Shown: positions 1-8,075 of the stretch, piece by piece
Layout of the letters: each line of letters begins with the position of its first letter
How positions within the stretch are numbered: the first letter of the stretch is position 1
DNA from: an uncultured archaeon
GTDB lineage: Archaea; Iainarchaeota; Iainarchaeia; Iainarchaeales; Iainarchaeaceae
Assembly (NCBI GenBank): GCA_964577555.1
Contig: CAZNZM010000006.1
Location: 37,501-69,500 of the forward strand
Direction of reading: 5' to 3'
DNA length: 32,000 nucleotides
The notes under the pieces: generated by a model
What the model saw: the letters and a program-made list of their open reading frames with translations, nothing else
The model's database searches: none
Told to the model about the DNA's origin: nothing
Made by a program: the position numbers and the translations under genes

Positions 1-700
1 ATTGCCCAAACGTCTGGACAACTATTTTTATTAAAGTTATTAAAAAATTTATTACTACTGCCGTTTTTTCTCTTGAAGCCAAATCAAAAATAGTAAAAGC
101 AAAACCTTTTCCAAATTCGTTGGTTTTCTTTAGTTTGGAAAATATTTCACTGATTTTTTGATAATATATAAACAATAAAAAACCAAAAAATAAAATCATC
201 AAAACTGAAATAAAAACAAAAAACACAATAGTTTGGTTAATAATATTCTCCAAAAGAATTAGTATTTTTTCTCTTATTTGTTCATTAAAAAAAAAGATTC
301 CAAAAAATCCTATTAATATCAAAACTACTAATGAAATCACCTTATCAAAAAATATCACTGCAACACTTTCATTCAATCCTGTTTTTTCCTTTAAAAAATA
401 CGCCAAGCTAAAATCGCCCAACCTTCCAGGCATTATAGAACCTAAAGCCCAACTCTTCAAATACGCTCTTGAAAAATCCTCTTCTGAAATTTCCAATCTT
501 TTATCAAAAAGAACTCTGATTCCAAGCTCGCTTAAAAAAACACTCAAAACAAAAACAACAAAAACAGGAAGCAAAAACAAAAAATCAAAACCGCTTAAAG
601 CCCTAAAAATATTTTCAACACCTACAAAATAGTATAAAAACAACAAAACTAAAACGCCTAAAATTATTCTTGCATAATCAAAAAATTTTTTGATATTCAT
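1..700 (-). CDS. Flippase-like domain / UPF0104 (LPG-synthase TM-region family) membrane protein; C-terminal end runs off the window
   Basis: Absent from the supplied ORF track because it is edge-truncated. My hand translation of the minus strand from ATG (700-698) stays open to position 1: MNIKKFFDYARIILGVLVLLFLYYFVGVENIFRALSGFDFLFLLPVFVVFVLSVFLSELGIRVLFDKRLEISEEDFSRAYLKSWALGSIMPGRLGDFSLAYFLKEK... It has multiple hydrophobic helices and a P-G-x-L-G-D loop of the kind seen in flippase-like domain proteins. It starts 13 bp downstream of the GT-C gene on the same strand. Confidence 0.6.
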   Translation of the reverse strand, partial: MNIKKFFDYARIILGVLVLLFLYYFVGVENIFRALSGFDFLFLLPVFVVFVLSVFLSELGIRVLFDKRLEISEEDFSRAYLKSWALGSIMPGRLGDFSLAYFLKEKTGLNESVAVIFFDKVISLVVLILIGFFGIFFFNEQIREKILILLENIINQTIVFFVFISVLMILFFGFLLFIYYQKISEIFSKLKKTNEFGKGFAFTIFDLASREKTAVVINFLITLIKIVVQTFGQ

Positions 701-713
701 CCAAAAAACCTTT

Positions 714-2336
714 TTATCTTTTTACCTTGTAGATTTTTGTATCCTCGTAAGAATATATTTCTTCCAATACTGATTTTGGTAACGAGTTTCCAATCATTTT
801 TTCGTTTTCCCCGAAAAATACATAATCAATCTTGTTTTCAATAAGTATTTTCATTTTATTTTCTTCGCTTGTGTTGTCGCTGAATAATTTATTCACATTT
901 GTTTTTTTTTCAACCAAATTTGAAGTTTCGGTCCAATGCCCTAAATATGATTTGTGATGAGTCATATAAGGGATATTGTTTCCTGTTTTATAAGACGAAA
1001 TAACGTTTCCTTTTTCCTGTTTTGCAAGAAATTGAATTGCTTTGTAGTCAGATTTTTTCATGTAAGGGCTTGATTGAAAATCCGGGTTTGCTACATCTGA
1101 TATTCTTTTGGCAATAATAAAAGGGGAAGAGAGACAAATAATTATGATTAGTATTGTTGTGAATGCTTTGCTTATATTGTTTTTTTTTCCTAACCAAAAA
1201 AATAATGGAAATTTTGCCTCGCTGATTTTTTCTTTCAAATAAAATATGCCAAAAGTTGCCGCAATTGCAATTGGCAAGTGCAAACTGAACATTAATTTTA
1301 ATCCTTTGTCAGGATTTATTGCGGCTATGAATGAGCCTAAAAGCCAAGCATAAAAAAAATCTTTTGTAAAACCGTTGATTTTGCTTATTTTTCTTATTCC
1401 AAAAAAAGCCAGAGGAATTAGCAATCCATAGCCAATAAAATAGTAAAATAATGGTTCTGCTCTTTTCCAACTCATATATGCTTCAAAGCTTTTTGAATAC
1501 GCATAGTCGTTTAATGCAAATAAAAGATAAACTATTATAAGCCCAGCTGGAAGAATAAAAATAATCATTGTTTTGAAGTATTTCCAAGCTTTTTGAATGT
1601 CAAGTGAATCCATTATTGGGATTATTGGAATCAAAGCAAGGCAAAGAGAAAAAACGGCTATTGAAGCAGGGTGTATAAAAAATATGGCTATATATGATAT
1701 TAATGCGGCAATGAGAAATTTTGCGTTTTTGGTTTCAAAATATTTTTTGAGCAAAATGAAAACAATAATGAAAAGAGAGTATGCAATATAAGGCAATGGA
1801 AAAGCCAAGTGACCGAAAGTGCTGTATCCTAATGAATAATTTATGTCTGTTGAGGCTATTTTTTCAAATATAGGGAAAAATTTTTCTAATATGAAGAAAA
1901 ACCAGCCTATTCCTCCGCCAATTGAACATATCAAAAAAGCTGTTATCCTTTCTTTTTCATTTGTAAAAAAATTTTTGAGAAAAACCCATAAAGCAAAAAG
2001 AAAAATTGATATCACTGCTATTCTTCCGATATTAAAAATTAATGGAATGCTTATTCCTGTAAAATTTGAAATTGTTCCTAATAGTGAAAAATACAAAAAA
2101 ACATAAACTCCATTTTGTGGCTCGGTTGTGTACCTGTTTTCCATGAATATTTTTGGAGATTCTGCAGATTGTTTTATGTAAGAAGCATACAAGTGAAAGT
2201 CGTCCTGCCAATCAAAGCCAGTATAAATATACCCTGACGGTTCAAAAAAGTATCCTGTAAAAGCAGGCAGGGATATTAGTATAGCCAAAGAAATGCAAAT
2301 AATGATTATGGCTTTGTCAATTTCCTGGATTTTCAT
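714..2336 (-). CDS. Polytopic GT-C-fold membrane glycosyltransferase-like protein (STT3/ArnT/PMT-like), specificity unknown
   Basis: 540-aa ORF with ATG at 2336. It has many hydrophobic segments, an acidic first loop after TM1 (GFDWQDDFH) and a soluble C-terminal part. The segment GNVISSYKTGNNIPYMT...KLFSDNTSEENKMKILIENKIDYVFF is collinear with GSKIFNWWDEGHWISF...AKFILSSNPDEAKQIIDKYGSDYIVL of the AglB at 28464-30473. The tail ...TKIYKVKR resembles the AglB tail. Confidence 0.6.
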   Translation of the reverse strand: MKIQEIDKAIIIICISLAILISLPAFTGYFFEPSGYIYTGFDWQDDFHLYASYIKQSAESPKIFMENRYTTEPQNGVYVFLYFSLLGTISNFTGISIPLIFNIGRIAVISIFLFALWVFLKNFFTNEKERITAFLICSIGGGIGWFFFILEKFFPIFEKIASTDINYSLGYSTFGHLAFPLPYIAYSLFIIVFILLKKYFETKNAKFLIAALISYIAIFFIHPASIAVFSLCLALIPIIPIMDSLDIQKAWKYFKTMIIFILPAGLIIVYLLFALNDYAYSKSFEAYMSWKRAEPLFYYFIGYGLLIPLAFFGIRKISKINGFTKDFFYAWLLGSFIAAINPDKGLKLMFSLHLPIAIAATFGIFYLKEKISEAKFPLFFWLGKKNNISKAFTTILIIIICLSSPFIIAKRISDVANPDFQSSPYMKKSDYKAIQFLAKQEKGNVISSYKTGNNIPYMTHHKSYLGHWTETSNLVEKKTNVNKLFSDNTSEENKMKILIENKIDYVFFGENEKMIGNSLPKSVLEEIYSYEDTKIYKVKR

Positions 2337-2404
2337 GTTAAATAATATTTTTCAATACACATTAAAAATACACAGTTGGATTTTTTTTTGATAAAATAAA
2401 ACTT

Positions 2405-2812
2405 TATTTTTTTGTCTTTGGCTTGGTTTTTCAAGCCGATTTTATTTTTTTTCAATTGAAATTCAATTTTTTTTATTAGCCAAATTTTTGTTTTTTTTTG
2501 TTTTGGTTTTGCGAGCTGTTTTTTTGTCATTTTTTTTTGCGTTTTGTTTTTTTTTTGTTTTGCAAGCCATTTTTTTTAGTCATTTTTTTTTGAATTATTT
2601 TTTTTGTTTTGGTTTTGCGAGCTGTTTTTTTTGTCTTTGGTTTTTTCTTATTTTATTTTTTTAGTTTTGATTTTTTTTGTTTGTTTTTTTGCAAGTTTAT
2701 TTTTTTGTCATTTTGGCTTGACTTTTTTCTTTTTTTGCCAACTTGGTTTTTTTTACACGCCTTTTTGTTGTTTTAGCTTTATTAATTTGTTTTATATTGT
2801 TTTTGTCATTGG
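2405..2812. repeat. T-rich (A-rich on minus strand) degenerate tandem repeat array, core period about 53 bp
   Basis: Recurring plus-strand unit: T-run, TTTTGC[G/A]AGC[T/C], T-run, GTCAT, T-run. The gcgagctg core occurs at 2511 and 2617, exactly 106 bp apart. gcaagcc at 2562 lies between them (51/55 bp spacing). Related cores are tcaagccg at 2431, gcaagttt at 2691 and gccaactt at 2737. GTCAT occurs at 2526, 2579, 2706 and 2805. The array fills the divergent intergenic region between genes starting at 2336 (-) and 2826 (+). Confidence 0.8.
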
Positions 2813-2825
2813 AATTTTTGTTGTT

Positions 2826-3500
2826 ATGAAAACTTCTCTTATAGTTTTGACTCTTAATGAATTTGAAGGTTTCAAGAAAATAATGCCTAAAGTTAATAGA
2901 AAATGGGTTGATGAGATTATTGTAATAGATGGCGGTTCTACTGATGGGACTCCGGAATTGGCTAAAAAGATGGGTTATAAAGTAATAACTCAAAGAAATA
3001 GGGGTCGGGGAGAAGCATTCAGGCTTGGTTTGGAAAAATCAAAAGGAGATTTGCTTGTTTATTTTAGTCCTGATGGCAATGAAGACCCAAAAGACATACC
3101 AAAGCTTTTAGAAAAAGCCAATGAAGGCTATGACATGGTTATTGCGTCAAGGTTTGGTAATGGCTCAAAAAGTTATGATGCTACTTTTATTAGGTTAATA
3201 GGAAACAAATTTTTTACTTTGTTGATAAATATGCTTTTTGGCTTGCATCTTTCTGATGCAGTTAATGGTTTTAGGGCAATAACCAGAAAAGCCATGGAGT
3301 CTATAAAAACTGACGCTGTTTATTTTGATATTGAAATACAAATGACTATGAGGTGTGCCAGAAAAGGTTACAAGATTTCAGAAATTCCAACGATAGAATA
3401 CCCAAGAGTTTTCGGAAAAGGCAAATTGAGCACTATAAAGGACGGTTTTAGGTATTTGAAATTGATTTTAATTGAATTTTTCAAGGTTGATAAAAAATGA
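2826..3500 (+). CDS. GT2 family, DPM1/GtrB-like polyprenol(dolichol)-phosphate hexosyltransferase candidate (224 aa from internal ATG)
   Basis: The track ORF 2604-3500 begins with 74 codons of poly-Phe, which is translation of the T-rich repeat. The first plausible start is ATG 2826 (MKTSLIVLTLNEFEG...), with tttatat 28 nt upstream. Motifs: EIIVIDGGSTDGT, SPDGNEDP (DxD-like), ASRFGNGSKS, DAVNGFRA, EIPTIEYPRVFGKGKLS. These match the DPM1-like template as I remember it. No C-terminal TM segment. Confidence 0.8.
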   Translation: MKTSLIVLTLNEFEGFKKIMPKVNRKWVDEIIVIDGGSTDGTPELAKKMGYKVITQRNRGRGEAFRLGLEKSKGDLLVYFSPDGNEDPKDIPKLLEKANEGYDMVIASRFGNGSKSYDATFIRLIGNKFFTLLINMLFGLHLSDAVNGFRAITRKAMESIKTDAVYFDIEIQMTMRCARKGYKISEIPTIEYPRVFGKGKLSTIKDGFRYLKLILIEFFKVDKK

Positions 3501-4789
3501 AAAAGTCTGTTTGTATAGTTGGCACTGGCTATGTTGGCTTGACATTGGGTGCAGTATTGGCTGACAATAATTTTGATGTTCATTGTGTAGAAATAAATGA
3601 ATCGGTTGTCAAGTCTCTTAATTCAGGAGAACCTCATTTTCATGAAAACGGACTTAAAGCATTAATGAGGAAAAATCTTGGCAAATCTTTGTTTTTTTCA
3701 ACCAAATTTCCAGAAAAATCCTGCGACATATATGTGATTTGTGTAAGCACCCCTGTTGACAAAAACGGCAAGCCAATCTTGGATTATATTGTTTCTGCTT
3801 CGGAAGCTGTTGCAAAAAACATGGCTTATTATAGTTTAGTCGTAATGAGAAGCACAATTCCTGTTGGCACTTCAAGAAATATTGTCAAACCTATATTGGA
3901 TAAAAGCGGTAAAAATTATTTGTTGTCATTTTGTCCAGAACGTACTGTTGAAGGAAACGCTATTAAGGAATTAATGGAGCTTCCGCAAATAATAGGCGGT
4001 TTGAATGAAGCAAGTGTCAGAGAATCTGTTAATTTTTTCAAAAAAATAGCTCCAACAACAATAGAAGTTTCTTCTCTTGAAGCGGCTGAAATGATAAAGC
4101 TTTTGAATAATTCTTATCGTGACATGGTGTTTGCTTACGCTAATGAAGTGGCTCTGCTATGCGAAAAAATTTCAATAGACGCCAATGAAGTTATTAAAGC
4201 CGCAAATTTAGGGTATTCCAGATCCAACATTCCAGTGCCAGGGTTTGTTGGAGGCGCATGTTTGGAAAAAGACCCTTATATACTTTCAAATGTCGCTGAA
4301 TCAGTTGGCTTTAATCCAAAGCTTGTAATGGCTGCAAGATCAATAAACGAATTTTTGCCAATTCATGTAGCCAAAAGAATAAATAATATGCTGAATTCTA
4401 TTGGAAAAAATAAATCTGCAAAAATATTTGTATTAGGTTTTGGATTTAAAGGGAAACCAGAAACAGACGATGTGAGAGGATCGCCAACCATAACTTTGGT
4501 TTCAGCATTGAAAAACTTTGGTTACTCAAATATTTTCGGTTTTGATCCTGTAGTAAAACCAGAAGTTATAAAATCTCTCAAAGCTTTTCCAGTAAATGTT
4601 GAAGAAGGTTTCAATGGTGCTGATTGTATAATATTTGCCAATAATCACAATTTTTTTAATTCGCTTGACATTGAGTTTTTGATAGGCAAAATGAATAAGC
4701 CAGCAGTATTCTTTGATTGTTGGCAAATATTTCCGCCAAAAATTATTATTCGCAGTAATATAGTTTATGGAGGCATAGGTTTTGAGTAA
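3497..4789 (+). CDS. Nucleotide-sugar dehydrogenase (UDP-glucose/GDP-mannose dehydrogenase family)
   Basis: 430 aa. N-terminal Rossmann motif VCIVGTGYVGLTLG and catalytic-Cys region GFVGGACLEKD. ATGA overlap with the upstream GT2 stop. Confidence 0.85.
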   Translation: MKKSVCIVGTGYVGLTLGAVLADNNFDVHCVEINESVVKSLNSGEPHFHENGLKALMRKNLGKSLFFSTKFPEKSCDIYVICVSTPVDKNGKPILDYIVSASEAVAKNMAYYSLVVMRSTIPVGTSRNIVKPILDKSGKNYLLSFCPERTVEGNAIKELMELPQIIGGLNEASVRESVNFFKKIAPTTIEVSSLEAAEMIKLLNNSYRDMVFAYANEVALLCEKISIDANEVIKAANLGYSRSNIPVPGFVGGACLEKDPYILSNVAESVGFNPKLVMAARSINEFLPIHVAKRINNMLNSIGKNKSAKIFVLGFGFKGKPETDDVRGSPTITLVSALKNFGYSNIFGFDPVVKPEVIKSLKAFPVNVEEGFNGADCIIFANNHNFFNSLDIEFLIGKMNKPAVFFDCWQIFPPKIIIRSNIVYGGIGFE

Positions 4790-5771
4790 AATTCTTGTTA
4801 CTGGTGGAGCTGGTTTCATAGGCTCTAATCTTGCAAAAAAGCTTTTAGAATTGAAAAACGAAGTGCATATATGCGACAATTTTTCAAGGGCAAAAAAAGA
4901 CGAATTTACAAGACAAATATTTGAACACCGTAATGCATCTCTCATAGAAGCCGATTTGTCAAATCCTGACAAATTTTCCAATTTTGAAAAATACGATTAC
5001 GTTTATCATCTTGCAGCAATTAACGGCACAAAATATTTCTATGAAAAACCTGATGTTGTTTTAAAGACTAATTTATTGATGTGCATAAATGTCCTGGATT
5101 GGTTCTCAAAAACAAAAAAAGGCAAAATTCTTTTCTCTTCGTCTTCCGAAACTTATGCAGGCACAATTTCAAGTTTTGGGGGAAAAATACCGACTCCAGA
5201 AAACATTGAGCTTTGCATAAACGACGTTTACAATCCAAGATGGTCCTATGGCGGAAGCAAGATTGCAGGAGAATTATTGTTCATAAATTATGCAAGAATC
5301 CATAAATTTCCAATGACAATCGTAAGATACCATAATATATATGGCCCAAGAATGGGCTTTGAACATGTAATACCAAACTTTGTTGAAAGGGCTTATAAAA
5401 AAGAAAATCCGTTCAAAGTTTTCGGGCTTAATAATACTAGGGCTTTTTGCTATATTTCTGATGCTGTTGAAGCAACTCGTCTTGCTATGGAATCAAAAAA
5501 CACCGACATGCAAATAATAAATATAGGGAACAGTTTTGAAGAAATATTAATTGGAGAACTTGCAAAAAAAATCACGGCTCTTGCAAAATACAATCCGAAA
5601 ATAATTGAGGTTAAATCGCCAGAGGGAAGCGTGGAAAGGCGTTGTCCAGATACTAAAAAAATGCAAAATCTTATTGGTTTTATCCCGAAAATAAAGTTGG
5701 ATGAAGGGCTAGAAAAAACTTTCAAATGGTATTACGATTATTATGATAATTGCAAAGGTGAAGTCAAGTGA
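4782..5771 (+). CDS. Extended SDR, NAD-dependent nucleotide-sugar epimerase/dehydratase
   Basis: 329 aa. Motifs TGGAGFIGSNL, SSSETYA and YGGSK (S/Y/K triad). TTG start overlaps the upstream stop by 8 nt, with GGAGG 9 nt upstream. Confidence 0.8.
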   Translation: MSKILVTGGAGFIGSNLAKKLLELKNEVHICDNFSRAKKDEFTRQIFEHRNASLIEADLSNPDKFSNFEKYDYVYHLAAINGTKYFYEKPDVVLKTNLLMCINVLDWFSKTKKGKILFSSSSETYAGTISSFGGKIPTPENIELCINDVYNPRWSYGGSKIAGELLFINYARIHKFPMTIVRYHNIYGPRMGFEHVIPNFVERAYKKENPFKVFGLNNTRAFCYISDAVEATRLAMESKNTDMQIINIGNSFEEILIGELAKKITALAKYNPKIIEVKSPEGSVERRCPDTKKMQNLIGFIPKIKLDEGLEKTFKWYYDYYDNCKGEVK

Positions 5772-7033
5772 ATATTAGCGATGAAGAAAAAAACTTTCTT
5801 AAAAAAATAATTTCCAAAAATCTGGCAAAAAAAACCAAATTTATTCCAGGAAAAAGCCAAGTAAAAGTTGGTTGGCCCATTTTTGGCGAAGAAGAAATAA
5901 TTTCGGTTTTTTCATCCATGCTGGAATTGCGCATATCCCAAGGTGAAAAAGTAAAAGAATTTGAATCAATGTATGCTTCAGAAATAGGAGTAAAAAACGC
6001 TATTGCCGTGAATTCAGGTTCTTCGGCAAACCTTCTCGCTATTGATGCTTTACTTCAAAAAGGCATGGTAGAAAAAGGCTCGGAAGTAATCGTTCCTGCA
6101 GCCACTTTTGCAACTGTTGCATCGCCAATTATACAGTTAGGGCTTGTCCCTGTTTTTGTTGATGTTGAATTGGATTCTTATAATATTTCGCCAGAAGAAA
6201 TAGAATCTGCAATCAACAAAAAAACCTCAATGGTAATGGCGGTTCATTCACTTGGCAACCCTGCAAAAATGGATAAAATAACAAAAATAGCGAAAAACAA
6301 TTCCGTTATTCTTTTTGAAGATTGTTGCGAAAGCCACCATGCTTCAATTTCAGGCAAAATAGTTGGGAGTTTTGGAGATATTTCAACATTAAGTTTTTTT
6401 GTAGCTCACAACATAACCACTGGAGAAGGCGGAATGATTTTTTCCAACGATTCCGAGTTAGCGGAAATTTGTAGGTCAATCAGGGAATTTGGAAGAAGGC
6501 TCAACCAATCGCCAAGGTTTCAATATGTTAATGACAAGCTTGGCGAATATGATGTCAGATACATTTTTGACAGGCTTGGTTACAATTTTCGCATGACTGA
6601 TATTGAAGCTTCAATAGGCATAGAACAATTAAAAAAACTCCCGAAATTCAACAAAGCTAGGATAGAAAACGCAAAATTCTTTTACAATTCGCTTAGCAAC
6701 TTGGATTCTTTGCAATTGCCCACAATAGAAAAAAATTCTGTTCACACGTTTTATGGATTTCCAATAATGGTGAAAGAAAAAGCAAATTATTCACGCAGGC
6801 AACTTGTCGATTTTCTTGAAAAATCAAACATAGAAACCAGGCCATTTATGGGAGGAAACCTCGCAGTACAACCAGCTTTTGTTGGAAAGAAAATCAAAGT
6901 ACATGGCGACTTGAAAAATTCCAAATTGATTTCCAAAAACATGTTTTTCATAGGATGCCACCCAGGAATAGGTGAAGAAGAAAGAGAATACATAACTGAC
7001 AAAATAAAAGAATTTGACTCTAAAAACAAGTAA
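5768..7033 (+). CDS. DegT/RfbH-family PMP-dependent NDP-4-keto-6-deoxyhexose 3-dehydratase-like enzyme (ColD/E1 type)
   Basis: 421 aa. RfbH-like N-terminus FIPGKSQVKVGWPIFGEEE, then NSGSSANLLA and VPVFVDVELDSYNIS. In the PLP-site region SFFVAHNITTGEGG, His occupies the position of the Schiff-base Lys of DegT aminotransferases (SFHxxKN..GEGG), as in ColD and E1. I saw no Cys cluster in the region where E1 binds its 2Fe-2S cluster. GTG start in a GTGA overlap, with AAGGTGA upstream. Confidence 0.8.
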   Translation: MNISDEEKNFLKKIISKNLAKKTKFIPGKSQVKVGWPIFGEEEIISVFSSMLELRISQGEKVKEFESMYASEIGVKNAIAVNSGSSANLLAIDALLQKGMVEKGSEVIVPAATFATVASPIIQLGLVPVFVDVELDSYNISPEEIESAINKKTSMVMAVHSLGNPAKMDKITKIAKNNSVILFEDCCESHHASISGKIVGSFGDISTLSFFVAHNITTGEGGMIFSNDSELAEICRSIREFGRRLNQSPRFQYVNDKLGEYDVRYIFDRLGYNFRMTDIEASIGIEQLKKLPKFNKARIENAKFFYNSLSNLDSLQLPTIEKNSVHTFYGFPIMVKEKANYSRRQLVDFLEKSNIETRPFMGGNLAVQPAFVGKKIKVHGDLKNSKLISKNMFFIGCHPGIGEEEREYITDKIKEFDSKNK

Positions 7034-7038
7034 CTATT

Positions 7039-8007
7039 TTACTCGTGCTCCAACGCCCACTTTATTGTTTCTTTCAATCCATAATCTATGTTTGTCTTTG
7101 CTTTGAAATTTATCAATCTTTCAGCTTTTTCAGTGTTGCACAATCTTTTCAAGCTTCCTGCGTTTGATTTTTCGTCAAATTCAAAAACAGGGTTTTTCTC
7201 CATTATTTTGGCAATTTTTTTTGCAAGATCAATTATTTTAATGCTTTCCTTGGAACCCAAATTTATTGGATCCGGCTTCGGATAAAGTTCAGCAATTTTT
7301 GCAATGCCCTCAACAAGGTCTTTTACATAAATAAAACTTCTCTCTTGTTGTCCGTTTCCAAAAATCTTGACAGTTTTGTTTTCTTTTATCCTGTGTATCA
7401 AACTCGGTATTACGTGTGATTTTTTAGGATCAAAAACATCTCTTGGCCCATACACGTTGAAAGGCCTGGCAATGCCTATTTTCAATCCAAATTCATCAGA
7501 ATAAGCCTTTGATAAAAGCTCATCAAACCTTTTGCTCCAAGCATAGCCAAACTTGGCTTTGTCAGGTTCGCCAGTGAAACCCAAATTTTCAGTTAAAGGA
7601 AATTCATAATTGTCAGGATAAACACACGCTGAACTAACGATAACAGCTCTTTCAACATCACGTTTTCTTAAAGCCTCAAGAACATTTGAAGTTATTCTTG
7701 TATTAGTCATAAGCATGGTGGCAGGATGTTCAAGATTGTATTGTACTCCGCCAACTATTGCAGCAAGATGAAACACAACATCAGAATTATTCACAGCATT
7801 AATTGCTGATTTTTCATCCAAAAGATCCGCTTCAACCAACTCTATCTTTCCTTCAGACAAAATATTTTTATCCAAATTGATTTTTTTTGTATTCTTGGCA
7901 GTTACTTTGACTTTTGCGCCTTTATTCAAAATATGTTCTGCCAAATGGCTTCCTATAAAACCAGCTCCCCCTGTAATAAGCACTTTTTTGTTTTTCCAGA
8001 ACTCCAT
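7039..8007 (-). CDS. Extended SDR, GDP-L-fucose synthase (GMER)/ColC-like epimerase-reductase
   Basis: 322 aa. Motifs TGGAGFIGSHL, SSACVYPDNYEFPLTE and YAWSK, resembling the GMER SSCIYP...YAxAK pattern. Convergent with the 3-dehydratase gene across a 5-bp gap. Confidence 0.7.
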   Translation of the reverse strand: MEFWKNKKVLITGGAGFIGSHLAEHILNKGAKVKVTAKNTKKINLDKNILSEGKIELVEADLLDEKSAINAVNNSDVVFHLAAIVGGVQYNLEHPATMLMTNTRITSNVLEALRKRDVERAVIVSSACVYPDNYEFPLTENLGFTGEPDKAKFGYAWSKRFDELLSKAYSDEFGLKIGIARPFNVYGPRDVFDPKKSHVIPSLIHRIKENKTVKIFGNGQQERSFIYVKDLVEGIAKIAELYPKPDPINLGSKESIKIIDLAKKIAKIMEKNPVFEFDEKSNAGSLKRLCNTEKAERLINFKAKTNIDYGLKETIKWALEHE

Positions 8008-8075
8008 GTTAGCAATATTATCTGGCCAAAAATAAAAACATTAGCATATTGCAAAATTCTGTTGCTTTTTAATAA

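Noticed and set aside
2405-2812. The repeat array read as a CRISPR array.
   Set aside because: There are no unique spacers of constant length. The whole region is low-complexity T-rich, the units are degenerate, and no cas genes are present in the window.
2604-2825. A 74-codon Phe/Cys/Leu-rich N-terminal extension of the GT2 ORF (MFWFCELFFLSLVF...), which could be read as extra TM helices.
   Set aside because: It is simply the translation of the T-rich tandem repeat. DPM1-like GT2 enzymes start at the SLIVxTxNE strand. ATG 2826 has a TATA-like box 28 nt upstream.
2333-2993. Lys-rich minus-strand ORFs (2333-2530 and 2697-2993) and a series of MTKK... mini-ORFs within the repeat array, possibly small basic proteins.
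   Set aside because: They are reverse-strand translations of A-runs. The repeat period is not a multiple of 3, and the frames are broken by homopolymer-length differences between units. ORF 2697-2993 also runs antisense into the GT2 gene.
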